Source: a virus (Duplodnaviria; Caudoviricetes). From it: a stretch of 64,000 bases of DNA. The notes beneath the pieces are model-generated. The model had not been told where the DNA came from. It ran no database searches and saw only the letters and a list, made by a program, of their open reading frames with translations. The stretch covers positions 1 to 64,000 of the IMG/VR virus record IMGVR_UViG_3300025191_000001. One strand, given 5' to 3'. Below, in pieces: positions 29,609 to 38,361 of this stretch. The stretch's first letter is position 1; the number at the start of each line of letters is the position of its first letter. The translations under genes and the position numbers were made by a program.

Positions 29609-30247
29609 TTATTCACAAATCAAATTAGGTTCTTTGAAGTAAGAATGCCCTTTCAACACCTTACCATTCTCATTAAAGAACACTACAAAGTCTTCTCCTT
29701 CAAAAGAACGTACCTCTTTACTCACTGTGTGTTGCGGGTAATGCTCAACAACTTCTGCATAGTAGCTCTCACGGTACTCTTCCAAAGGAATAAATTTTGA
29801 GAGGTTACTCTCCAACACGCTTTCACAATTTGCTTCGTAGTGTGTTTCATCGCATACCAATATAGTAAGTAGTGTATGTACCATAGTCGAATAATCTGAG
29901 TAGAAATCATTATTATGGAAATCCTCTGGTTTAGTGTTAATGAAATCGTTAAGTTCTCTTTCTAACTCTAAGGAATTATGCCCTTGATTGAAACAAGTGT
30001 TCCAATAATATAGGAACTCTGTCTTAGGTACTAACGGTGATAATGTAACTAGTCCATCAATAATACCATCCATAAACTCTGTCTCATCCTTACTATTAAG
30101 GATCTCTTGTAGTTCACTCTTAATAATAGGAATCTGTTTAGACTCCTCTACTCCACTAGGGTTAGCGATAGCATTGAATTTACGTACTTCCCTGTGAAAC
30201 CATGTCAAATCGTAATCCGCGTGTCTTAGTAATTTACTCTTATACAT
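29609..30247 (-). CDS. MazG-like/all-alpha NTP pyrophosphohydrolase
   Basis: SELQE, DGIIDGLVT, VLESNLSKF, GKVLKG motifs. Confidence 0.65.
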   Translation of the reverse strand: MYKSKLLRHADYDLTWFHREVRKFNAIANPSGVEESKQIPIIKSELQEILNSKDETEFMDGIIDGLVTLSPLVPKTEFLYYWNTCFNQGHNSLELERELNDFINTKPEDFHNNDFYSDYSTMVHTLLTILVCDETHYEANCESVLESNLSKFIPLEEYRESYYAEVVEHYPQHTVSKEVRSFEGEDFVVFFNENGKVLKGHSYFKEPNLICE

Positions 30248-30257
30248 TTGTATCTCC

Positions 30258-30605
30258 TTACGAGTTGAAAGATTTTTCTAGGTTGTCTATAAAATCTTCC
30301 ATATATTCTATTTTATTTTCTACATTAAAGGCAATGTGAGCCTCATTAAAGATTCTATTACTACTCCTCTCTGGATCTACGTTGTCCAACACTTCATTAT
30401 AATCCAGGATATAATCAAAGTCTACGTATTCGCTCTCCTCTTCGTACAATTGGAATAAGATACAAAATATCTTATTATCCTCAATGTACTCTAAACCAAA
30501 TCCTTCTATGAACTCTACAAATTCAGAAACATCGTCCGTATAAAAACATCTCATAGGGGTTACAGAAGGTTCTATGTGTACTGTATCTATACCTACTTCT
30601 TCCAT
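30258..30605 (-). CDS. Highly acidic hypothetical protein
   Basis: RBS GGAGA; D/E-rich. Confidence 0.65.
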   Translation of the reverse strand: MEEVGIDTVHIEPSVTPMRCFYTDDVSEFVEFIEGFGLEYIEDNKIFCILFQLYEEESEYVDFDYILDYNEVLDNVDPERSSNRIFNEAHIAFNVENKIEYMEDFIDNLEKSFNS

Positions 30606-30619
30606 TTTATATCTCCTAT

Positions 30620-30715
30620 TTACTCTTGTAAGGCTCTATGAGAGGACTTATTAACTTACCCCATACAACCACCTTACTTAATATTTAAACCTCTTAGAAT
30701 GACTCTCAGGCGCTC
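30620..30715. repeat. ~96-bp pseudo-palindromic element, copy 3
   Basis: TGTAAGGCTCTATGAGAGGACTT left arm; CCTCTTAGAATGACTCTCAGG right arm at the same offsets as other copies. Confidence 0.85.
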
Positions 30716-31311
30716 TTAATCATACTCTCAAACCACTCTGTTTCTTCTGGGGTTTCCGTAGGCACATAACCTGTTAAACGGTCAAACCTTTTTAGAAACT
30801 CATCCTTAGCAACTTGAGGACTCCAAGAGTGTATCTTGACATTATCTACTCTGTCAAACTCTTTTACCCAATCAGGTTTATGCAGGAACAACTGTCTAGC
30901 TTCTTCCCCACAGATATGATAATCGTAATAATCAATCAACTCTGTCTTAGCGGTTATATCATACTTACTCTGTATCACATTTTCAATCTTTAATTCCATA
31001 TCAAAGTAATTATCTAAATGAGGTTTAATAGGACGTGGTATATCACATATGTAAGCTTCACTAGCATCATGTAATAAAGCTGACAACACCTCACGTTTAT
31101 CCTTATAAGCTTGTTCTACTAAATCTGCAATAATACAACAATGCTCTGCTACAGAATAAAATCTAGACACATGCCCACTAAACCTACAGTTCATAGACAA
31201 AGCTTGTGCAATATCCTCTATACAGATTTCTTCCTCTGTAGGGTCAAGGAAATGGAAATGTTTTCCTGTGTATGTTCCTATATAGGGTTTACCTTTATAA
31301 GGTTCATTCAT
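30706..31311 (-). CDS. HD-domain 5'-deoxynucleotidase (YfbR-like)
   Basis: IEDIA..LS..CRF.GH...YSVAEH, LLHDASEAY..DIP.PIK. Confidence 0.85.
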   Translation of the reverse strand: MNEPYKGKPYIGTYTGKHFHFLDPTEEEICIEDIAQALSMNCRFSGHVSRFYSVAEHCCIIADLVEQAYKDKREVLSALLHDASEAYICDIPRPIKPHLDNYFDMELKIENVIQSKYDITAKTELIDYYDYHICGEEARQLFLHKPDWVKEFDRVDNVKIHSWSPQVAKDEFLKRFDRLTGYVPTETPEETEWFESMIKSA

Positions 31312-31885
31312 TTAAAAACTCCTCCACTAATTCTTCACAACAATCTAGGTATTCTCCTAAAGTACCGTCGTTGTGAATGATGTGTGTATTAGGGAATCCC
31401 ATTACATAATCCCTACTATCTCCTTCAAAAGAACATCCGTCTCTTGTGACATGAATCAAGAGGAAATTCTCTTCCCCTACTTCATCTAATAAACATTGAA
31501 CCTCCTCTGCGAAACCTCCGTCAGAGAATATATTAACACCTTCTTCTGCTGACTTAGCTGCCATAATGCCAAATACGTCCTTACCGAATAAGGGTTTAAG
31601 GACATTCTCTGACATGTGGATCATAGCATTACGTGGTGACGTATTATTCATACTAATACGTAAATGACAACTAGGTTCTTCTTTATATTCCCTCTCGTAG
31701 AGGAAGTCCCACAAGTTGTCACTAATACCGTAAGCACTCTTTACTGCTTTAAAGAGGTTCTCCTTAACTTCCTTGTGGTGTGATGGAATCCCTTTAGAGT
31801 TTAAGTGTTTTACTAAGTGTTCCGCTGCAACGTCTTTCCCTGTATTAGGTGGCGCATTGAAAATGATTACTTTTTTATTTCCCAT
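31304..31885 (-). CDS. Deoxynucleoside monophosphate kinase
   Basis: NAPPNTGKD P-loop, SPR, SDGGF..E, FEGDSR; start at 31885 has a GAGGAG RBS. Confidence 0.8.
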   Translation of the reverse strand: MGNKKVIIFNAPPNTGKDVAAEHLVKHLNSKGIPSHHKEVKENLFKAVKSAYGISDNLWDFLYEREYKEEPSCHLRISMNNTSPRNAMIHMSENVLKPLFGKDVFGIMAAKSAEEGVNIFSDGGFAEEVQCLLDEVGEENFLLIHVTRDGCSFEGDSRDYVMGFPNTHIIHNDGTLGEYLDCCEELVEEFLNE

Positions 31886-31896
31886 GATTTTCTCCT

Positions 31897-32430
31897 CTAA
31901 AAGTTCCAAGATTTTCCCACATTAATACAACTTATTGTAGCAAAATGTACTCCAAACACTTTAGCAATATCCCTTTGCTTAAAGCCTAACCTAATCCATT
32001 CTCGAATAAACTCCACGTCAAAGTTAGACAACTTACTGGAGATATTACTCTCCCCTCTAGGCATTACTCTTAGTCCTGTGTCAACTGCGTGTTGTTGATT
32101 ACCTGAAGCATCCGTCCATTCTAGATTAGTCACAACATTATTATTCTTAATGCCATCTATGTGGTTGACTTGATTACAACATTGTTTATCAGGTAGAAAA
32201 GCTTTTGAAACTAATCTGTGAACTTTCCCTATTTTACGTACCCCGTTCTTAATAAGGCACACTACGTGGTATCCATCTTTGTCCTCATTAAGTTTTAAGA
32301 TCTGACCTTTTTGGAGTCTCTTGTTCCCATTACTATAACTTATATACCTATCCACACTCCTTACATTGCCTAAGTTGCTTACCTGATACCAACCTTCGTA
32401 ATCTTTTACGTCAAGCCATTCCTCTATCAT
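31897..32430 (-). CDS. NUMOD4-HNH homing endonuclease (free-standing)
   Basis: EEW..V..YEG.YQVSNLGNVRS; VHRLV; VNHIDG.K.NN...NLEW; C-terminal HTH. Confidence 0.9.
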   Translation of the reverse strand: MIEEWLDVKDYEGWYQVSNLGNVRSVDRYISYSNGNKRLQKGQILKLNEDKDGYHVVCLIKNGVRKIGKVHRLVSKAFLPDKQCCNQVNHIDGIKNNNVVTNLEWTDASGNQQHAVDTGLRVMPRGESNISSKLSNFDVEFIREWIRLGFKQRDIAKVFGVHFATISCINVGKSWNF

Positions 32431-33395
32431 TTTGTAATGTTCCTCAAAAAGTCTTTGCGGTCTTCTGTGGTAGTCTTACTTATAGCATCACGTTTAACAG
32501 TACCACAATCATTACAACGATAAGCGCTAAATTCCGACAAGTTGGTAAATGCAGACACATCTAACTTCTCTAAATCATGAGAGCCGCACACAGGGCAACG
32601 TTTACCTTGATTATCTCCAAAATATAGAGCCACATTGGGGTGGTTAGGTATGTAGGCACGAATCTTTAAGTAAAGTTCCCGTAGTGTGGGAATATCGCCA
32701 ATGTTATAGTCTTTCATTTTACCAAACGCAGTACGATCACCTCTCATACAATCAATCCACAAAGAGATACCCTCGTGGTGTAACTTATTATGAGGTAGGT
32801 TAAAGTACTTAGTAGAGTAACCTAAACTATTACTAGGCAAGCTCATAGCCTTTTTCATGCCTTTCAATGTACAAATTACACGGTATGGTGATGGGCTAGG
32901 GATTCCATGATAAGCGCACCGTTGATTAAACCATCCTGTATCAAAAGACTCATTTTGGATTACTACAATGTTAGCTTCGTCAAACCACTTCCACAAACGC
33001 ATAACTAGTTCGTAGTCATCCTTATGGTCGTTATCAAAACCGTCAAAATCATCTAAACCATAACACTCTATGCTACCTGTATCCTCGTGTAACCAGTTAC
33101 AAGCGTAAGTGAGTATGTAAGGGAACTCAATAATATGATCTGGTGTACTGAAGTGCTTAAACATCGAGAATGCTGCTACGATAGAGGCGCTAACTTCTAA
33201 GTCTAAGAAACAAACCTTAGCACCCTCAAACTCCTCTACCTTTTCCCCTTCTTCCGCTTTTTCTATTACACGATTCCAGTAATCATTAATAGTACTCTTA
33301 CCTCTACCAATCATTTCACCAATCTTACGAGAGGCTGTGCCTTTTAATTTCTCTTCTACAATTACTTTCTTCTCTTGCTCTGTTAATCTACTCAA
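32427..33395 (-). CDS. RNase H-like (DEDD) exonuclease with N-terminal HTH and C-terminal Zn ribbon
   Basis: FLDLEVS, QNESFD, YNIGDI, CPVCGS...YRCNDCG. Confidence 0.75.
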   Translation of the reverse strand: MSRLTEQEKKVIVEEKLKGTASRKIGEMIGRGKSTINDYWNRVIEKAEEGEKVEEFEGAKVCFLDLEVSASIVAAFSMFKHFSTPDHIIEFPYILTYACNWLHEDTGSIECYGLDDFDGFDNDHKDDYELVMRLWKWFDEANIVVIQNESFDTGWFNQRCAYHGIPSPSPYRVICTLKGMKKAMSLPSNSLGYSTKYFNLPHNKLHHEGISLWIDCMRGDRTAFGKMKDYNIGDIPTLRELYLKIRAYIPNHPNVALYFGDNQGKRCPVCGSHDLEKLDVSAFTNLSEFSAYRCNDCGTVKRDAISKTTTEDRKDFLRNITK

Positions 33396-33580
33396 TTCAA
33401 TTCTCCTTTATCTTTACTGATATCCCCAAACATACTCATCATACCATCACGTACCTCTTGTTGCATAGATAAATATTCGTAGTGATCTGAGGCTCGCTGG
33501 AATCTCAAATTAAACTCAGTCCCATCCTTTAAACGTTGTTCCACTACAATAGCGTATTGTGGTTCTAGTGTGCTACTCAT
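33392..33580 (-). CDS. Hypothetical protein
   Basis: Overlapping packing. Confidence 0.55.
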   Translation of the reverse strand: MSSTLEPQYAIVVEQRLKDGTEFNLRFQRASDHYEYLSMQQEVRDGMMSMFGDISKDKGELN

Positions 33581-34130
33581 TTAGTCTCTCCTCCTTCATA
33601 AATGCATCTACAAGTTGTTTGCGTCTCTTGGTTGCGTTAGACTCTGGCTTAATACCTAATCCTTCTAATACCTCATTCACACGCTTCTCCTTTTCAATTT
33701 GGATTGCTTTCTTAGTGGCGTATGCTAACTCAAAAGAGATACCTTGTCTCTCTGCCAAAGAAAAAGTTGAATTACACGTCTTACAAATAGTCCTTAAATC
33801 GTCAGGGGTTATCCACACTAGCCTTTCTGTAAAAGATTGTATGTCCTTTTTATCTCTTAAACTTCCCGCTGGATTAATGTGGTCTACTTGCCCCTCTTTC
33901 TGTACAAATGTGCCTCCACAAATAGGACAATCAAAACCCCACACGTCTTTTACTTTACCTTTTGGGTTAGGGTTAGGTATTCTTTTCCTGTCTCTACGTA
34001 TAGCCATTAACTTAGCTGGGTGCCTATTCCAAGCCTTTCTTAAACAACTTCTTATGTAAGACATGAAAGAGGATTTAGTTTTCCATATTTGTTTTAGGTC
34101 AGGGTGTTCCCAAGGGTTTATCTCGTTACT
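33573..34130 (-). CDS. HNH endonuclease (replication/recombination-associated)
   Basis: CPICG...QVDHI...LRTICKTCN; start probably at MSNEINPW. Confidence 0.75.
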   Translation of the reverse strand, partial: SNEINPWEHPDLKQIWKTKSSFMSYIRSCLRKAWNRHPAKLMAIRRDRKRIPNPNPKGKVKDVWGFDCPICGGTFVQKEGQVDHINPAGSLRDKKDIQSFTERLVWITPDDLRTICKTCNSTFSLAERQGISFELAYATKKAIQIEKEKRVNEVLEGLGIKPESNATKRRKQLVDAFMKEERLNE

Positions 34131-34419
34131 CATCCCACGAATCCTCTCCATAGTTTGTAGGGTTTGTGTTTACCCAAGCGTTATACTTCATGAGGGTGGT
34201 TTCGTAATCCTTGTTAGGTAAGTTCATAAAAGCGCAAGTTTCTATATTGAAAGTAGTTAAGCCACAACACTCACAGTACACCTCTTGACAAAGTACGTCT
34301 AAGTCTCTTGAATTAGTCCAACTTACATATTCACTACCACAACGAGGACAAGGGGAGAACTCAGTAGAGAAATCCTTTTTAATGTAATCAGGTACTTCTC
34401 TTTTTGTATAGTTACTCAT
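34126..34419 (-). CDS. Lar-like Zn-ribbon protein (possible restriction alleviation)
   Basis: SPCPRCGS...VYCECCG...NAW pattern. Confidence 0.5.
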   Translation of the reverse strand: MSNYTKREVPDYIKKDFSTEFSPCPRCGSEYVSWTNSRDLDVLCQEVYCECCGLTTFNIETCAFMNLPNKDYETTLMKYNAWVNTNPTNYGEDSWDE

Positions 34420-35506
34420 CCAACATCCCCATCTTTTTAAGAATCTTCTTAATACAAGTCTTATCGTCTTCCTTACGTTTCATGTAAGCAAGCTGAAATT
34501 GCATGTCAAGTACATCTAACCAAGTTGCTGTATGCTTATTATCTTGCCAATCTAAATACTCGAAAGGTTCTTCACCATACCACTCTTTGTATTTCTTAAC
34601 AATAAGTTCTAGGCATTGCTTATGGTTAGAGCATTTGTCTAGAGCATTCTTAGCCGTCTTACTACCCCACTTAGGTTTCTTGCGTTTCTCTTCAATCTTA
34701 TCATCTATGAGAACCCTAGTATAAGTGTCACGACTACAATAGTTGTCAGCTCCATCTGCGCATACAATCTGATAGTAAAGGAATTTCCAACCATCTCCTT
34801 TGACATCAGGATTCTTTAGAGTATTGTCAATCCACAAATCACCAAACCCTTTCACCAATCTAGGTGCTTCCCATTTCTCATAGTTAAACCACCAACCTTC
34901 TGCTTGTAAGGAGTCCTTGTCAGCGCTCGAACCAATGACTTTCTTACCTTCCTTAGCACCCTCAGTTACTCGAATCACTACACGGTCATCACACTCAAAT
35001 CCTGTAACAACTTCTGCACCTAGATAGTCGATTGCATACTGTTTAAGTTCTTCTCTTAGGACAGGTATAATACTTTTATCTCTGTTACCTTTATATCTTT
35101 TAGCCAGAGGCAGTTCATCCCTAAAGTTGCCCTCACCATCAATGTACAACTCCATGTTGTCAGGGTGACACTTACACTTTTTACAAATGTTATTAAGCCT
35201 ACGTTTAAGAGTGGAGATTGCATAACTAACTTTCTCAGGTTTCTGTATATCCTCCACAGCGAAGAAGTCCTCTGGTATATCTAACCCTTCTGTAAACTTC
35301 TTAAACTCTGTACGATTCTTGGCAAGAACTTTAGCGTCATTGGCTGTGTTAGTAAACTGTACAAGACGTTCCTCACAAGCTGCTGCTGTCCTAAACACTT
35401 GCTCATCCATATCAATAACCAAAGTCACATCAGGGTCAACCTCCCAAGGAATAACATCTTTTAAGGAGTCCTCTGTAACCTTTCCTTTCTTAGTGAATTT
35501 CTTCAA
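34412..35506 (-). CDS. 5'-3' exonuclease (T7 gp6/RNase H-like)
   Basis: IDMD, NFR, YKGNR, ECDD, DKD, DGADNY motifs. Confidence 0.88.
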   Translation of the reverse strand: MKKFTKKGKVTEDSLKDVIPWEVDPDVTLVIDMDEQVFRTAAACEERLVQFTNTANDAKVLAKNRTEFKKFTEGLDIPEDFFAVEDIQKPEKVSYAISTLKRRLNNICKKCKCHPDNMELYIDGEGNFRDELPLAKRYKGNRDKSIIPVLREELKQYAIDYLGAEVVTGFECDDRVVIRVTEGAKEGKKVIGSSADKDSLQAEGWWFNYEKWEAPRLVKGFGDLWIDNTLKNPDVKGDGWKFLYYQIVCADGADNYCSRDTYTRVLIDDKIEEKRKKPKWGSKTAKNALDKCSNHKQCLELIVKKYKEWYGEEPFEYLDWQDNKHTATWLDVLDMQFQLAYMKRKEDDKTCIKKILKKMGMLDE

Positions 35507-35596
35507 TAGTGTTCTCCTCTTGTTATGTACCTATATTAGTACATTACCCTTATATTACCACTTAATGTTCTTATATAAGTACACTACGTTAGATAC

Positions 35597-35629
35597 AAAA
35601 GTAGAGGGAAGGAAAGACCCTCCCTCTTT
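35597..35629 (-). terminator. Rho-independent terminator
   Basis: AGAGGGA/TCCCTCT stem, T-tract on - strand. Confidence 0.7.
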
Positions 35630-35632
35630 AGG

Positions 35633-35923
35633 CTATTCCCCTAATTGTTCTTCTTGTTCAGGGTATTCCCTGTCACCTGTAAGAATTTCGTAATGGCTTA
35701 ATGTAGTAGAAATCTCCTCTACTTGGTCTTCCAACTTAGCTTTATCTAATGCAGCTTTAACCAAGGCGTTATATTCTTTCTTTGTAACAGGGTATTCCTC
35801 TACCGCAATTTCTGCATTATTCTTAATATCCTCTCGGAGAGTCTCGATTTCGCGTGTAAATTGTACAGACTCTTGTACAAGCTTTAATAGTTTCTCTCGT
35901 AGTTCTGGTTGCTTTGGTAACAT
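35633..35923 (-). CDS. dsDNA-binding protein (T4 DsbA/GapR-like)
   Basis: Small coiled-coil; LREDIK...EEY.V.KK.YNALVK pattern. Confidence 0.5.
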   Translation of the reverse strand: MLPKQPELREKLLKLVQESVQFTREIETLREDIKNNAEIAVEEYPVTKKEYNALVKAALDKAKLEDQVEEISTTLSHYEILTGDREYPEQEEQLGE

Positions 35924-35933
35924 TTATTTCTCC

Positions 35934-36227
35934 TTATTTAAGTTTTGTTTCATCGAATTCTGGGAAAGTTAAATCAGGAGCTTCTCTATACAATTTCCCG
36001 TTCTTGGCATAAATAATCCATATATCGGGTTGTTCTTCTCCTACCCCACTAACAGAGATTAATTGGTCTGGAAACATAAGGCTAACTGTTTTGCAATCCT
36101 CATCAGACCTATACCATTTAATATCTTCTTCTTGGATATACTCATACCCACTTACTTCTTTTAAAGCTTGTTGTACTTCTTCACTATTATTAGATATGTC
36201 ATGTTGTGTATAATATCCCATAATCAC
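35934..36227 (-). CDS. Hypothetical phage protein
   Basis: MGYYT, KWY, VS..FPD, GVGEE..DIW motif. Confidence 0.7.
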   Translation of the reverse strand: MIMGYYTQHDISNNSEEVQQALKEVSGYEYIQEEDIKWYRSDEDCKTVSLMFPDQLISVSGVGEEQPDIWIIYAKNGKLYREAPDLTFPEFDETKLK

Positions 36228-36319
36228 TCCTTCAAAGCCCCCTAAGAAGACTTCTCTGTAAAGGTATACAATGCCCTTACTTTAGTGAGAAGTCCTCTCA
36301 GAATGGCTTACGTTTCGTT
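36224..36319. repeat. ~96-bp pseudo-palindromic element, copy 4
   Basis: CTAAGAAGACTT left; GGTATACAAT core; AAGTCCTCTCAGAATGGCTTAC right. Confidence 0.85.
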
Positions 36320-36330
36320 ATATGACGTTA

Positions 36331-37290
36331 TTACTCATCACCTAAATCAAATGGATTTACATCATCCTCTGGATCTTCATCAGGTTCTTGTTCTACCTTA
36401 GAAGGACGTTTTGGTTTAGTGGCAGTCTTTTTAGGTTTATCCTCCTCAGAGTCATCACTAGAACTACCTCCTAGACGACCTGCCTTCTCAAGCTCCTTCT
36501 TCAAACCAGAGTCATCCCATTCCTTAGCTAACTGAAGACGTTTTAGGGTCTTACTATTAACCTGCTTGAGGTCTTCCTCATCATTGTCACCGTCCATCAT
36601 TACAGCAAATGGCTCAATGTTATGCTCTGGCATAGGAATTGCTTTAGGCTTATTAGCAGGGCTAGAGATTTTAACATTCATAAACTTCTCATCATCTGAC
36701 CAAGTAGCTTCAATGCTCATCATAAACTCTGCGCCAAGGAGTTCCCCTAAATCGAAGTCCTCTGGAACTTTGCCCTTCTTAACACCTGTCACTTTACACA
36801 AGGTAGCGATACGTGATTTAGGATTGTAACCATCCTTGCTAGGGTTAAGTGCGATAGGGGACGCTGCTCCTTCCCAGTCTCCTGCTAATAGTTCACGATA
36901 AGGTTTAAAGTCCTCTTCATCTGAATCTGAGGCAGGGTGCTTAGAATAGTCAATAAGAATAGAGGGGAAGTCTACCGTCATAACTACTGTATCGTTATCA
37001 CTGTTCTTAACGTAGAACTTGTCACCCTCGACACGACCAACACCTACCTTAATAAGTTTATTCTGTTGCTCAGTGTTCTCCCAATCGTACTCACGTTCTG
37101 CCTCTTGGGGGGATTGCAAGCCAGTATCTACAATCCCAGAAATGAAGCAAGGTTGGGTAGGCTCATCTCCGTCCTCAGTACCATCCATAATACGATCATA
37201 CACATAGTCATTCCACTCTTTCCATTGCTCATTAGAGATAGAAGAACCACCACCAGTGTTTACTTTAGCCTTTTTCTTAAATTTACTCAT
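36331..37290 (-). CDS. Putative single-stranded DNA-binding protein
   Basis: ISGIVDTGLQ motif, acidic C-terminal tail ending NPFDLGDE; replication cluster. Confidence 0.65.
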   Translation of the reverse strand: MSKFKKKAKVNTGGGSSISNEQWKEWNDYVYDRIMDGTEDGDEPTQPCFISGIVDTGLQSPQEAEREYDWENTEQQNKLIKVGVGRVEGDKFYVKNSDNDTVVMTVDFPSILIDYSKHPASDSDEEDFKPYRELLAGDWEGAASPIALNPSKDGYNPKSRIATLCKVTGVKKGKVPEDFDLGELLGAEFMMSIEATWSDDEKFMNVKISSPANKPKAIPMPEHNIEPFAVMMDGDNDEEDLKQVNSKTLKRLQLAKEWDDSGLKKELEKAGRLGGSSSDDSEEDKPKKTATKPKRPSKVEQEPDEDPEDDVNPFDLGDE

Positions 37291-37529
37291 TACTTAGTTT
37301 CTCCTTCTGTGATTTTACCGTTTTGTTTATATACTTGAACATTCTCATTTGGTTGAGGCGTAAGATACATAGTTGTACCTTCAATAACAACCTTAAGAGT
37401 GTTTGTTACTTTACAAGGTACTACCGTTGTAGCATTGTTCAAGGACTGTTGTACAGGAAATCCTGCAATATTGCCTTGCAATACGATATTGTAATATTGT
37501 GTAGGGTCTACGTTAATAGTTTCTGACAT
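37290..37529 (-). CDS. Hypothetical protein
   Basis: Tight packing. Confidence 0.6.
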   Translation of the reverse strand: MSETINVDPTQYYNIVLQGNIAGFPVQQSLNNATTVVPCKVTNTLKVVIEGTTMYLTPQPNENVQVYKQNGKITEGETK

Positions 37530-37715
37530 TTATTTACTCCCATCTAGTTGTTTAATTCTGTTCTCTAAATATTCAATGTACAAAGCTGTTACACTCCACC
37601 CGTCTCCATTGTAGTTAGCTTCTCCTTCATATTCAATATCTTCGTCCGCCTCATACTTTTCTATAATGTGTTGAGGGATGTTGTAAAGAACATCTTTATA
37701 AGAGTAGTATGCCAT
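37530..37715 (-). CDS. Hypothetical protein
   Basis: Tight packing. Confidence 0.6.
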   Translation of the reverse strand: MAYYSYKDVLYNIPQHIIEKYEADEDIEYEGEANYNGDGWSVTALYIEYLENRIKQLDGSK

Positions 37716-37939
37716 TATTGTCCCTCCATCTTACGTTTCTGAATTTGAATACCTCGACTTACAAAATCACCAATAATCTTATGACCATCCATCACCTTCT
37801 CACGGCTGTAACCTGCTGGACGACCATTAGTAATGTCATAAAGAAAATTATTCTCAGCAATCTTCTTTACAGACTCTTGCACCACTTTAGGGCTATCTTG
37901 CCCTAGTGATTGTAATAAATGAATTACTTTGTTAAACAT
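37715..37939 (-). CDS. Hypothetical protein
   Basis: RBS AGGAG; upstream TTGCAT-16-TATAAT promoter. Confidence 0.65.
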   Translation of the reverse strand: MFNKVIHLLQSLGQDSPKVVQESVKKIAENNFLYDITNGRPAGYSREKVMDGHKIIGDFVSRGIQIQKRKMEGQ

Positions 37940-38031
37940 GTTTACTTCTCCTTTTCTCTAATTTATAAGCATATTATAACTGAACTGAAATAATATGCAA
38001 TGGTTATTTTAAATTAATTTAGTGTTAGTCC

Positions 38032-38265
38032 TTACAAGTCTATAAGTTCTTCCTTAACTAGCTCGTAGAACTCCGTCATCTTCTTATTACCTCCCCCATT
38101 TATAAAGCTTGATATAGAGGTACGGCTTCTCCCTATTTGCTCTGCTATCTTGTTAATACTATAACCTTTGTATTCTAAGATTGCAATGTTAGCAGCATCC
38201 TGTTCTGTGAACAACTTCATTTTTACCTGTCCTAGTACTATTAACTCTACCTCCCTCAACTCCAT
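38032..38265 (-). CDS. Small HTH DNA-binding protein
   Basis: GYSINKIAEQIGRSRTSISSFI HTH. Confidence 0.65.
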   Translation of the reverse strand: MELREVELIVLGQVKMKLFTEQDAANIAILEYKGYSINKIAEQIGRSRTSISSFINGGGNKKMTEFYELVKEELIDL

Positions 38266-38361
38266 GTCGTATATTTTCTTTAGGAGTACACTCTGCCAAG
38301 ACTGCTTACTTGATAGATGTATTCAAAACCTTCTACGTCTTTCCACTCTTCTTTTGCTTGA

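Noticed and set aside
29609-31311. Z-genome (2-aminoadenine) pathway suggested by HD hydrolase plus MazG-like genes
   Set aside because: No PurZ in the window, the HD protein looks like the common YfbR-like type, and an adenine methyltransferase is present; the rest of the genome is unseen
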